Assembly (NCBI GenBank): GCA_049472335.1
Contig: JBLIRO010000012.1
Span: 10,761 to 74,760, forward strand
Direction of reading: 5' to 3'
DNA length: 64,000 bases
From: a bacterium
Lineage (GTDB): Bacteria > SZUA-182 > DTGQ01 > JAFGSM01
The translations under genes and the position numbers were made by a program. This document shows, piece by piece, positions 51,197-61,389 of this stretch (position 1 is the first letter of the stretch; every line of letters starts with the position of its first letter). The notes under the pieces are model-generated. The model made no database searches and had not been told where the DNA came from. It saw only the letters and a list, made by a program, of their open reading frames with translations.

Positions 51197-52177
51197 ATGA
51201 TCGATCAGCAATTACCATGCGTTATAGGTGTTGATCTGGGCGGCACCAATATACACGCAGGGGTTGTGAATATAAATAATAAGGTTTTATGCCGAAGTTT
51301 TATTTCCACCCGTGTAGAAGAGGGACCAAATCTTGTTATTCAAAGGCTTATTACCGCCATCCAGGAACTAAAGAAGAAATGTCCGCCTGGATCCTCCATT
51401 AAAGGGATTGGAATCGGGGCCGCAGGGATTATTGATATGGAAGGAGGGGCTGTCATAACCTCACCAAATTTCCCCGGCTGGCAGAATGTTCCTCTTAGGG
51501 ATATCATATCCCGGGAGTTTGATATTCCGGTTATGCTTGACAATGATGCTAATGCCGCTGCCTTTGGAGAATATTGGGCTGGGGCCGGACAGGGAAGCAC
51601 CAGCATGATTGGGCTGACTTTAGGAACCGGGGTTGGAGGGGGCATTATACTGGATGGTCATTTATGGCATGGCTCTGAAGGCATGGCAGGGGAAATCGGG
51701 CACATGACGATTGTACCTGACGGACTTAAATGCCCTTGTGGGAATAATGGCTGTCTGGAGTCATACGTCTCAGCAACCGCTATTGTTAATAGAACAAAAA
51801 GCCGCATTTCTAAACATCAACAGAGTAATATTTTACGTTTGGCTAATGTAGAAGAACTTACGGAACTAACCTCTGAAAAAATATACCAGGCTGCAATTGC
51901 CGGAGATGAATTGGCTAAAGACATTCTTAATGAGACAGGAGCATATCTTGGTCTGGCTATAGGGACTCTTATCAATATTCTGGATCCTGAATTGTTTGTC
52001 ATATGTGGTGGAGCAAGTAATGCCTGGGATTTTTTCTATCATTCCATGATGGAAGAAATAAATAAAAGGACCTTGATCAAGCCGTCAGGAAGAGTAAAAG
52101 TCGTCCCTGCTGCATTAGGAGATGATGCAGGTCTGATAGGTGCCAGTGGGCTAATAGCCCAATCCCTGGGTTTTTAA
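51197..52177 (+). CDS. glk: ROK-family glucokinase
   Basis: GVDLGGT, NDANAAA, LGTGVGGG, GEIGH, CPCGNNGCLE. Confidence 0.88.
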   Translation: MIDQQLPCVIGVDLGGTNIHAGVVNINNKVLCRSFISTRVEEGPNLVIQRLITAIQELKKKCPPGSSIKGIGIGAAGIIDMEGGAVITSPNFPGWQNVPLRDIISREFDIPVMLDNDANAAAFGEYWAGAGQGSTSMIGLTLGTGVGGGIILDGHLWHGSEGMAGEIGHMTIVPDGLKCPCGNNGCLESYVSATAIVNRTKSRISKHQQSNILRLANVEELTELTSEKIYQAAIAGDELAKDILNETGAYLGLAIGTLINILDPELFVICGGASNAWDFFYHSMMEEINKRTLIKPSGRVKVVPAALGDDAGLIGASGLIAQSLGF

Positions 52178-52439
52178 TGAATTAATTAATCCCATCAGAT
52201 TTGCCGGAAATTTTTTCAAATCTGCTTCATAAATATCTTGCGTATACAGAAAGAATATGGGTACACTTTCCCCTTTTTATAAAATATATGTAATAAAGTC
52301 TTTCAGGTCTGCACCAACAGGTAATTCTGGTAACCTATACTGGGCCTTCTCTACATCTCCCATGGCTTTTTCAAATTGTTCCTGAAGGCTATCCAGAGCG
52401 GCACTGTTAAAAAGGAATGATTCTAGATAGAGATCACCG

Positions 52440-53520
52440 CCCGCCGGGGCAGTGGCCTGCCGGAGGCATGAACCAAAGGAGAGCTACCATAGGGCAGGCG
52501 CTAAAATGACTTGAAAGTACCGAATGGATGAACAGAATTGAATACAGAGGGTGAACTTAACATGTAGTAATGTAGGTACATTCCGCGGCCGGACAAACCG
52601 TCCGTGGTCGCTAGCAAGGACAGTCATGAGCCCATGTCCCATGACCGGATATGAATCCAATGCAAACATTGCAGATATCAGGCACCGAACCAAACACAAA
52701 GATTTGGTAAAGGTATTGTACATATTATCACCGAATGTCAAATTAATAATACGAATATAATTTCGAATTATGAGGGAAATTATTCGATAATTTTCGTCTA
52801 TTAAGATGTACGCACAGAAATAATTATTTAGGGGGATCTTTTAGCTTTTCTACACAGATCGCGAAGTACGATCAGGAGGTGACAATCTAACAGCAACCCA
52901 TAAGACCATAGGTGGCGTCACCGGCCTAGGAATCTCCTAGAGATATATCGATCAGATATGAAGCCAGCGACTGGAAAGCGCCAGTAGCACTAATGACCCC
53001 CGTATAATCCGCACCATTAACGTAAGTGATAGATGTAAGTACCAGCCATAGTAATACTGTGAGGAATGGGGCTTATAGGTTTGAAGCGAACGTTAAATCA
53101 TCGCTGAAATAAAGGAGGTGAGACTAAGATGAAAACCAGGACATGCGTTACGGCGGGAGGATATATAACCACCAACGCTTCGGGAGTATATCACTGGATA
53201 GATTGATGCAGGGAAACTGGCCTATTATGCACAATATTTATCCAACAATTATAACAAAACTGACATAGCGGTAAAGTATAGACATTGCGACTGATCCAAC
53301 ATGACCGGCCCCTTAAATCAATGTCACAACAGAAATATTCGTTAAAAAAAGACTCGGAAGCCCTGGGACGGTAATAGTAATTGAAGGAGAAAAGGAATAA
53401 CGAAAAGGGAGGCTTCGACCATAAGAAAGTTAACCATTTTATCCTTGCCCATCGCGATTCAAGCCCAGCGATGCGGTAGGCTAATGCAGCACAAACTAAT
53501 GGTATGCGCTTAACCCCGAG
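52440..53520 (+). ncRNA. Putative group II intron-like / RT-associated structured RNA remnant
   Basis: No long ORF; GC-rich blocks with hairpins (GCGGCC-GGAC..GTCC-GT-GGTCGC, GTCATG..CATGAC, CTAGGA..TCCTAG, ACTGG..CCAGT) separated by AT-rich inserts; abuts an RT remnant. Confidence 0.4.
53129..53206 (+). CDS. 25-aa peptide MKTRTCVTAGGYITTNASGVYHWID
   Basis: AAAGGAGGTG RBS; leader shared with 55096-55200. Confidence 0.55.
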   Translation: MKTRTCVTAGGYITTNASGVYHWID

Positions 53521-53562
53521 AAAAGGTATAAGTATCCATCAAATATAAGATGATTCTTATCA

Positions 53563-53819
53563 TGCAAGCCAGCTATAGCCCATCTGAGCTACTTTGATAC
53601 ATACTCTCCGAGCTGCCACGTTTTGCAGCGTGGCGGCTCCTGCTCATAAAGCCGGAGAGCTTTGTTAATAAAATTGGTTATGGTCTTTCTGGCAAGGGTA
53701 GTTCCTTCTGGTTCGAATCGGTAGCCGATAAAATCGAATCAACGTTCTATCCTGCCGATCAATGTTTTTTCAGGGTGCTTTTCCAGCTTCGGTTCATTGA
53801 AAGTCTGGTTGAGCACCCG
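53563..53819 (-). pseudogene. Reverse transcriptase C-terminal fragment (group II-like)
   Basis: RVLNQTFNEPKLEKHPEKTLIGRIER*FDFIGYRF...LRLYEQEP...LGEYVSK*LRWAIAGL; RT domain 6-7 FDF.GY motif; two in-frame stops. Confidence 0.75.
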
Positions 53820-53831
53820 AGTAGGAGGATA

Positions 53832-54860
53832 GGGTCAGGTCTTTTATTACGAGTAGGAGGATAGAAGAGGATAAGGTCTTTTATTATAAGGTTTTTCAGG
53901 AAGACTTTCTAATAATATTGCTTACTGTAGTGTAATGTAATCCCAAATGTCTTCCTATCTCTGACAAGGTATAACCATAATCAAAGTGAGCTTTTCGAAT
54001 CAATCCATTCCTCACCCTCTTAGCCTTTTCCTGTTTGTTTATAAAAATATCCTCCAAGGATGGTCTCAAAGCAAACCGATCAAATCTGGTTATCTCTTTA
54101 AGGGGAGATTTATCTTTAAGCGCGGGCTTTAGTTTCTCTTCAAATAATTTATCACCGAGAATACTTTGGCCCTTTAAGTCTTCCCATGGTGATGAAATCC
54201 CAATTCCTGCATGAATAAACTTCTCGTAAGCCTTTTCTGCGTCAGCCTTTTTCATATCAAATTGTGAGAGTATCCAGTCCACTGTTAATAATTCAGGTTT
54301 TCCCTCTAATCCGACAGTAGCCCTGTAACTGCTCCATCTGTATTTATCTGTCTCTTTTACCATTCCTGCCCGCACAGGATTAATACCACATAACGACATA
54401 GTTCCAGAAGATGACTCTCCCGATTTACAAGAATAGATTTAAACCTTCCCTGAAAGATATGTCCTACACGATCGTGCCTGCGGTTAAAACGCTGTGTGTA
54501 TATACCATTAAGATGCCTCATCCCTTTGGAAAGAATTCCGTCTACTGTCTCTACAAGCAGGTGATAGTGATTGTCCATCATACAATAGGCATGTACCACC
54601 CAGTTGAATTGTTTCACAACATCCTTAAGGATAACCATGAAGCATTCTCTATCTTCATCATCATAAAAAATAGGCATTTTTGCATTGCCTCTTGAAGTGA
54701 TATGATAGATGGCTCCCGGATATTCTATTCTAAGCGGTCTGGACATAAATAAAATTATATCATAAAAACCTTATAATAAAAGACCTGACCCCATTCGTTG
54801 ACATTCGTGATGACCCCATTCGTGACCCCATTCGTGATGACCCCATTCGTGTGACCCTTA
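53832..54860 (-). mobile_element. REP-associated tyrosine transposase (RAYT/Y1) element with inverted ends
   Basis: Left GGGTCAGGTCTTTTATTA and AGGTCTTTTATTATAAGGTTTTT; right AAAAACCTTATAATAAAAGACCTGACCCC plus tandem TGACCCCATTCG repeats. Confidence 0.8.
53896..54746 (-). pseudogene. RAYT/Y1 transposase with C-terminal HTH, frameshifted
   Basis: MSRPLRIEYPGAIYHITSRGN, MDNHYHLL, GHIFQGRF; 1-nt loss near 54380 breaks RYVVLNPVRAG; YRWSSY. Confidence 0.88.
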
Positions 54861-55095
54861 ACAAATGTTTTTGAAAAAATGGAAGAAATCAATTATAAAT
54901 GAGCCCTTGGAAGCAATCGGTGTTTTCAGGGATTTATTGTTTTAGTTTTTTTTATCACCCCTCACCAAAATTTTTCCTTGTCTAACAAATACATTTAACA
55001 TCAAAAGGGAAAAAACATTTTTCTTGCGTCTATTAAATCAGAAAATCAAATTAGAGATTTTTGATAATAAAATACAGAAAAGGAGGCGATTTAAA

Positions 55096-55200
55096 GTGAA
55101 GACAAAGACTAATGTTAAGGCAGGACCTGGCTATGGCGGCTACGGGGGCTATGGTGGCTATGGTGGCTATGGCGGCAACTACCCGACTATAATTTATTAA
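55096..55200 (+). CDS. 34-aa peptide MKTKTNVKAGPG(YGG)5NYPTIIY
   Basis: AAGGAGG RBS, GTG start, synonymous variation among YGG codons, followed by terminator. Confidence 0.7.
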   Translation: MKTKTNVKAGPGYGGYGGYGGYGGYGGNYPTIIY

Positions 55201-55222
55201 TTTTCATGAATAAGTGTTAATG

Positions 55223-55260
55223 AGCCCTTGGAAACAGTTATACTTTCAAGGGCTTTTTTA
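55223..55260 (+). terminator. Intrinsic terminator; degenerate copy at ~54898-54950
   Basis: AGCCCTTGGAA...TTTCAAGGGCT-TTTTT. Confidence 0.75.
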
Positions 55261-55437
55261 GATTCTTTATTTGCCATAAACAGACCTTTTCCTTACCCCT
55301 AAACAATCAGGAAACCAAGTAAGAGAATATCCGGTGAGGACTTTTCTTTCGCACTTCATAAAGTTTACCAAATGCCCCGATTTGTAAAGGCCTTTTCAGA
55401 AGAGGAAAAGGCTGTGCTTGAAAAAGAATATTTTACT

Positions 55438-55638
55438 TTAGCCTGAGCTGTGTAGGCTTACAAATCGTCTTATGCTCCGGTCATAGGTACGTTCAACATC
55501 ATCCGGGAAAAAACAGGCGGGTAATTCATTCATCCGTCTGTGATAGGTTATACATTCACAACATATACCCTTCCGGGAACAAGGTTCATAGGTACAATTG
55601 CAGGATTTTTTGTTTTTTTCTTCATTGCAGCTTTTCAT
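55438..55638 (-). CDS. Small Cys-rich conserved protein (DUF6485-like)
   Basis: [21 protein letters not shown]...LPACFF...ERTYDRS. Confidence 0.75.
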   Translation of the reverse strand: MKSCNEEKNKKSCNCTYEPCSRKGICCECITYHRRMNELPACFFPDDVERTYDRSIRRFVSLHSSG

Positions 55639-55740
55639 CCTATTTTCTCCTCAGTCTCTTAAGGTTTCTTCCCCTTTTTTATTTATGACATGAGTTTTGT
55701 CTTGGAAAGTGTACGGCCTCAATATTATAATCAAAAGGCC

Positions 55741-56706
55741 TTATAATCCTGATTTTTCTATTTCCTTAAATAATTCCATTTGATTTTTGTTCAGTTTGGT
55801 TGGGGTTTTTACCTTCACTCGCACGAAAAGGTCCCCTTTTTCAGAGGATTTAAACTTCGGCATCCCGTATCCCTTGAGACGCATCATGGTATGACTTTGT
55901 ATGCCGGGAGGGACTTTAAGCTGTCGATTTCCCTCCAGGGTAGGCACTTGCAGAGTAGTGCCGAATACTGCCTGGCTAAGGTTAATAGCCCTATCCAGGT
56001 GTAGATCGGAACCCGATTGTTTGAATATGGGATGGGGTGTTATGTCAATTTTTAAATAAAGATCGCCGGGTTTACCCTTTCCATCCGGGGGAGATTGCCC
56101 TTGACCCGCAAGGCGTATCTTTTGCCCGCTCTTTATCCCTTTTGGAATTTCCACATTCACCTGCCTTGTTTGGGACCCTTGACGGATGGATATGGATTTT
56201 TTCAGTCCCCTGGCTGCATCTTCCAGGCTGATAGAAAGGGCATAGATCATATCCTGGCCTTTTCGGGGGGCTGCCCTATGTGCTTGTTGGCCGAAAATGT
56301 CCGACCAATCCTGATGTCCGCCTTTTTGGGCCCCTGAAGCTCGAGTGCTATAATGGCGGAATCCACCTCGCCCTCCACCGCTGAAGATCCCTCCGAACAG
56401 GTCTCCCAAATCAAACCCGAATTCATTAAATATTGAACTTGTATCAAAACCTCGAAAGATGTCTTCCTGAGAGAATCTCTGGTGAAATTCTGCTGATCCG
56501 AACTGATCATACTGCTTTCTTTTTTCCGGATCGCTCAGAACCGCGTATGCCTCGTTTATCTCTTTAAATTTCTCTTCAGCTTGCGGGTTATCTTTGTTTC
56601 TGTCCGGATGGTACTTTAAGGCCAATTTTCTGTAAGCCTTTTTGATTTCTTCCTTGGAGGCTTTCTTATCGATCCCCAATGTTTTGTAATAGTCATTCGC
56701 TTTCAT
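55741..56706 (-). CDS. DnaJ-class chaperone lacking zinc finger (CbpA-like)
   Basis: J domain with HPD, G/F region, DnaJ C-terminal domain. Confidence 0.92.
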   Translation of the reverse strand: MKANDYYKTLGIDKKASKEEIKKAYRKLALKYHPDRNKDNPQAEEKFKEINEAYAVLSDPEKRKQYDQFGSAEFHQRFSQEDIFRGFDTSSIFNEFGFDLGDLFGGIFSGGGRGGFRHYSTRASGAQKGGHQDWSDIFGQQAHRAAPRKGQDMIYALSISLEDAARGLKKSISIRQGSQTRQVNVEIPKGIKSGQKIRLAGQGQSPPDGKGKPGDLYLKIDITPHPIFKQSGSDLHLDRAINLSQAVFGTTLQVPTLEGNRQLKVPPGIQSHTMMRLKGYGMPKFKSSEKGDLFVRVKVKTPTKLNKNQMELFKEIEKSGL

Positions 56707-56855
56707 ATTATATAGCTTCCTTTTTATTCTAATATCTTTTAAGAATTTGTGGGATTTATGTTATCATAACAAAGATATAGGATTCAATGAATATGGACAA
56801 ATGAATGACTAGGTTTAATCGTAAGCTTTTAAACGCTAAAAAGGGGGCGTTTGGG

Positions 56856-57350
56856 ATGAAATTGGGTTTTTTTGCAGACACACATGATAATCTTACTATG
56901 ATAAGAAAGGCTGTAGATTTGTTTAATAGGAAGGAGGTGGATCTCGTATTGCACCTGGGTGATTTTGTGTCTCCTTTTTTCCTGAAGGCTCTAAATAATC
57001 TAAAGCCCATACTGGTAGCCATTTTCGGAAATAATGACGGGGACAAGCTAATGCTTATGAAGCGTTTTAATGAGAAAGGTTATGACCTTTTTCCCCCACC
57101 TTACACATTGGATTTGGATAAGAAGAAGGTCCTTATGTTGCATGAGCCCTTTGAGCTGAACGCCTTAAGCATAAGTGGCGAGTACCGAATCATAGCATAT
57201 GCTCATACCCATATCCCGGAAATCAAGAGAGAACAGGAAACACTTATCATTAATCCGGGAGAATGCGGTGGATGGTTATATGGAAAATCTACTATAGCAT
57301 GCGTGGATTTAGAAACCATGAAAGCTGAGATTATAGAGCTTTCGGCATAA
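56856..57350 (+). CDS. YfcE-family metallophosphoesterase
   Basis: DTHDN, HLGD, GNND, HTH, NPGECGGW. Confidence 0.88.
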   Translation: MKLGFFADTHDNLTMIRKAVDLFNRKEVDLVLHLGDFVSPFFLKALNNLKPILVAIFGNNDGDKLMLMKRFNEKGYDLFPPPYTLDLDKKKVLMLHEPFELNALSISGEYRIIAYAHTHIPEIKREQETLIINPGECGGWLYGKSTIACVDLETMKAEIIELSA

Positions 57351-57458
57351 AGATTTAGATTTTGATTTAATCCCTTTATATTTAATATTTAGAAGCTTAC
57401 ATCTAAATATAATATGAGCTCTGTTTTAATAATCCGCGCAGCCTGCTTTGGGAAGGAT

Positions 57459-58436
57459 TCATTCGCGCAGGAATTCTTCCGACAGCTTCAAAATTTCACC
57501 CTTTATCTGAGGCAGCCTTCCATTCATCTTTGCGCCTGCAGCGTTTGGATGCCCTCCTCCGCCAAGACTTTCAGCTAGTTTAGCCACATCGGTTTTTCCC
57601 TTTGAGCGGAGACTGATCTTGTATTCTCCACCACCTAGTTCTTTGATTAATATGGAGATTTTAATACTGTCTATCTTTTGCGGGAACGTTACCAGTTCTT
57701 CAGTGTCCTCATAAGTTGCCTGAAAATCATCTAATATTTCCCGCGTTACAGTTAAAATGGCTATGCTTTGATTATGATGTATCTCCATATTATTTAAAAC
57801 ATGGCCGACAAGCCTCATCCCCGGAAGACTTTTACGGTCGTAAACGGATGAAGATATATAGTTTGGATCCGCATCTGCATCTACGAGCTGACTGGCAATA
57901 TTCAAACATTGAGCCGTTGTATTCGAATATTGAAAAGAGCCTGTATCGGTTAATATCCCTGTATAGAGATTAGTGGCAATAGAAACATCTGTCTTTATAT
58001 CCAAATATCCCAAAAGCAAGAAAATCATCTCAGATGTAGCGGATGCCTTGGGATTTACCCAGTTTATATGACCAAAATAGTTATTGCTTATATGATGATC
58101 TATATTGATAACTACAGGAGGAAGGTCAGGAACAAAAACAAGTCCTGTGCGATCGACATTTCCACAGTCGAGAACAAGGAGGACCTCTTCCTTATCTATT
58201 CTAACCTCTTTAGAGACAATTAAGCAGTCTTGTCCCGGCAGGAAATCATAAATTTTAGGGACCGGATCCTTACATCTAATGAAGGCCTTCTTCCCTAAAG
58301 ACCGAAGGCCAATTGCCATCGCAAGCTGTGCGCCAAGCGAGTCTCCGTCCGGATTCTCATGGCTTGCAATCACGAACAAAGAAGATTTATCGATCTGACG
58401 GATAATTGAATTTATATTATCAGGGAGGCCGTTCAT
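57459..58436 (-). CDS. nrnA: Bifunctional oligoribonuclease/PAP phosphatase
   Basis: HENPDGD, IDHH, TDTGSF, GGGGHPNAAG; follows rbfA. Confidence 0.9.
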   Translation of the reverse strand: MNGLPDNINSIIRQIDKSSLFVIASHENPDGDSLGAQLAMAIGLRSLGKKAFIRCKDPVPKIYDFLPGQDCLIVSKEVRIDKEEVLLVLDCGNVDRTGLVFVPDLPPVVINIDHHISNNYFGHINWVNPKASATSEMIFLLLGYLDIKTDVSIATNLYTGILTDTGSFQYSNTTAQCLNIASQLVDADADPNYISSSVYDRKSLPGMRLVGHVLNNMEIHHNQSIAILTVTREILDDFQATYEDTEELVTFPQKIDSIKISILIKELGGGEYKISLRSKGKTDVAKLAESLGGGGHPNAAGAKMNGRLPQIKGEILKLSEEFLRE

Positions 58437-58798
58437 TTTTCTGTTTTACCTTGTTCCTTCTTGATATCTTCCAGGATCTCCATGATATGCGCCCCATATT
58501 TGATCGAATCGTCGATATGGAATTCTAAGACAGGGGTGTAACGCAATTTTATTTTTCTGCCTGCAAATCTTTTCTGGATGAAACCTCTTGCATTCTTAAG
58601 ACATTTTAATATATCTTCCACGTCTTCTTTTTTAAATGGACTTATATAGATGTGGGCATGTCTAAGATCCGGTGTTACCCTGACCTTTGTTACGCTGAGC
58701 ATTCCCAGACGGGGATCCTTGACATCCTCTCTTAATATACTGGAGATTTCTTCTCGGATGAGTTCTCCAATGCGATCGGTTCTTTTGAATGACTCCAT
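58433..58798 (-). CDS. rbfA: Ribosome-binding factor A
   Basis: KDPRL, VTPDL, LRYTPVLEF. Confidence 0.95.
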   Translation of the reverse strand: MESFKRTDRIGELIREEISSILREDVKDPRLGMLSVTKVRVTPDLRHAHIYISPFKKEDVEDILKCLKNARGFIQKRFAGRKIKLRYTPVLEFHIDDSIKYGAHIMEILEDIKKEQGKTEK

Positions 58799-58799
58799 T

Positions 58800-59078
58800 T
58801 TAAATAAAATCGACGAAATAATCGGTAAGCAAAACAGTGGGTATGGATTCTATCATCCTGACCACATGGTTCAAAACCTGATCAATTCTAGTCTGGTCCT
58901 TATGTATGCAAGCGATACCAATCACTGCTATCTGCCATTTGTCATGGGCATCTAATTCGGCAATTGAGACATTAAACTTGCTTCTAATCCGATCCTTAAT
59001 ACCCTTTATAATCTTTCTTTTCCCTTTTAGAGAATTCACATCCGGTAGATGTAACCGGATCTCACAAACACCAATCAT
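58800..59078 (-). CDS. DUF503 (YlxP-like) protein
   Basis: SLKGKR, KFNVSIAE; infB-DUF503-rbfA synteny. Confidence 0.88.
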   Translation of the reverse strand: MIGVCEIRLHLPDVNSLKGKRKIIKGIKDRIRSKFNVSIAELDAHDKWQIAVIGIACIHKDQTRIDQVLNHVVRMIESIPTVLLTDYFVDFI

Positions 59079-59277
59079 AATACAGATATATAATATTATT
59101 TATTTTTTATATTAAAAGGGTAAAATAACCTAATGAAAAATCGGATTTTTTTCTATTGGATTGATTGAGAAACATAAATAAATCAGTCAAGTCTCCGATA
59201 TGAGCGGAAATATGATCCTGTGTCGTGTGGAGACTCTGTTTTAATAAAAAAATAACTTATATCAAATATTTTAAGTT

Positions 59278-61389
59278 CTAATGAAAAACTTCGACTGCCT
59301 TTTGGGTGAAACATTCAATAATGTCACCTTGTTTGATATCGTTGAAATTCTCGATCTTGATTCCACATTCATATCCGCTTTGAACTTCCTTGACATCATC
59401 CTTAAATCTTTTTAGGGTACCTATCCTCCCTTCATAAACAACAACATTGTCCCTCAGAAGTCTTACCTTGTTTCCCCTGGCAATCGTCCCCTCTTGGACA
59501 TATGAGCCTGCAATAGTTCCTGCCTTTGATATATGGAATATCTCTCTCACTTCCGCCCGGCCCAGAATAACCTCCTCATAGATAGGTTTGAGAATTCCTT
59601 TCATTAGGTCCTGAACATTATCAATAAGTTCATAAATAATCGTAAAAAGCCTTATCTCAATTTTTTCCCTCTCCGCGAGGGCTGCAGCCTTTGGTTCAGG
59701 TCTGATTCCGAATCCTACAATTACTGCATTTGAGGAGGAAGCCAGAAGTATATCGCTCTCAGTTATGGCGCCGACAGCCCCATGGATTACCTTAAGTTTT
59801 ATCTGAGGTGTGCTAAGGTTCTCCAGCGCCTCTGTAATGGCCTGAACCGAGCCTTGAACATCCCCTTTAAGAATTAAATTTAATTGTTGTTCTTCCCCTT
59901 CTTTTATCTTATCTATAAAGCTAATTAAGTTCATACGGCTTGATTGGCTTAATTCATGAGTCCTCTGTTTTTCCTGTCGCATTGCGCTAATTTGTCTTGC
60001 CTTACGGTCATCTTCAATAACCACAAAGGTGTCTCCAACCTGTGGAACCCCCGAAAACCCTAATACTTCCACAGGGGTTGATGGTGAAGCTTCACGAACA
60101 TTTTCCCCAAAATCATTAATCATTGCCCTGACTCTGCCCGCCTGCAATCCGCACACAAACGAGTCACCTACACTAAGGGTCCCGTTTTTAACTAGTACCG
60201 TTGCTACGGCTCCTCTGCCTCGATCCAGTTTGGCCTCGATGATAGTTCCGATAGCATTCCTATTATGATTGGCTTTTAACTCCAACATTTCTGCTTCCAG
60301 CAAGAGCATCTCTAAAAGATTTTCTAAGCCTATGCGTTGCTTTGCCGAAACCTCACAAAATATAGTCTGCCCCCCCCATTCTTCAGGAACAAGGTCATAT
60401 TTAGATAATTCGGTTTTAATCTTCTGTGGATCTGCTTCCGGCTTATCAATTTTATTTATGGCAACAAGAATGGGAACATTTGCCGCTTTTGCATGGTTAA
60501 TAGCCTCTATGGTCTGGGGCATGACTCCATCATCCGCAGCAATAACAAGAACCACTATATCGGTTATCTGTGCACCTCTTGCTCTCATAGCCGTGAATGC
60601 CTCATGACCAGGAGTGTCCAAAAAGGTAACCTCTCCATCTGCCAATGATACTTTATAAGCTCCAATATGTTGAGTAATTCCTCCATGTTCTCTCGATACC
60701 AGATTGCTTTTTCGGATGGCATCCAAAAGAAGGGTTTTGCCATGATCAACATGCCCCATAACAGTTACTACCGGTGGTCTTGGAAAAAGTTTTGACTCAT
60801 CCTCTTCTTCCTGTTCGAGGAGTTCTTGTCCCTCAACGGAAACAAGCTTTGCCTTTTTACCATAAATCTCTGAAATGGATAAAGCCGCCTTGGTATCGAT
60901 GATCTGATTTATTGTGGCCAAAATGCCCATCTGCATCAATCTTTTTATGATTTCGTTTGCAGGGATTTTCAGGTTTTCGGCCAGTTCACCGACTGTCATC
61001 GCTTCCATCAGTTCTATGACATCGCTTGAATCCTCTTGTTTTGGGCGAGATTCCTCTGCGGTTTCCAAAGCTTGTTTAGATTTTTCTCGTTCTTTTGTTT
61101 TATCAGATTTTAATTCTTTTTTATCTACCCTTTCAGGTTTTTTAACAATAATTTTTTCGGCTTCTAAGCCTTTTAGCTCTTCCTTTGATTTCTTACTCTC
61201 TTTTTCAACCTTTTCGAGCTTTTTTTTGCGTTTCTCCTGAATAATTTCCTTTATAAGTTTTGCTGTTTCTTCATCAATGGTACTCATATAGCTTTTGACT
61301 TCCAAACCGAGATCCCTTATTTTTTGTACCATTTCCTGACTTGACAAACCTAGTTGCTTGGCTAAGCTATGGACGCGAATTTTGCTCAC
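59278..61389 (-). CDS. infB: Translation initiation factor IF-2
   Basis: MGHVDHGKT, DTPGHEAF, NKID, LKRFKDDVKEV. Confidence 0.98.
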   Translation of the reverse strand: MSKIRVHSLAKQLGLSSQEMVQKIRDLGLEVKSYMSTIDEETAKLIKEIIQEKRKKKLEKVEKESKKSKEELKGLEAEKIIVKKPERVDKKELKSDKTKEREKSKQALETAEESRPKQEDSSDVIELMEAMTVGELAENLKIPANEIIKRLMQMGILATINQIIDTKAALSISEIYGKKAKLVSVEGQELLEQEEEDESKLFPRPPVVTVMGHVDHGKTLLLDAIRKSNLVSREHGGITQHIGAYKVSLADGEVTFLDTPGHEAFTAMRARGAQITDIVVLVIAADDGVMPQTIEAINHAKAANVPILVAINKIDKPEADPQKIKTELSKYDLVPEEWGGQTIFCEVSAKQRIGLENLLEMLLLEAEMLELKANHNRNAIGTIIEAKLDRGRGAVATVLVKNGTLSVGDSFVCGLQAGRVRAMINDFGENVREASPSTPVEVLGFSGVPQVGDTFVVIEDDRKARQISAMRQEKQRTHELSQSSRMNLISFIDKIKEGEEQQLNLILKGDVQGSVQAITEALENLSTPQIKLKVIHGAVGAITESDILLASSSNAVIVGFGIRPEPKAAALAEREKIEIRLFTIIYELIDNVQDLMKGILKPIYEEVILGRAEVREIFHISKAGTIAGSYVQEGTIARGNKVRLLRDNVVVYEGRIGTLKRFKDDVKEVQSGYECGIKIENFNDIKQGDIIECFTQKAVEVFH

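Noticed and set aside
52180..52425. Minus-strand gene remnant (...LQEQFEKAMGDVEKAQYRLPELP...)
   Set aside because: Internal stop, no start and no recognisable family
52484..52760. ORFs 52484-52741 and 52551-52760
   Set aside because: No RBS or protein-like features; they overlap the hairpin-rich tract
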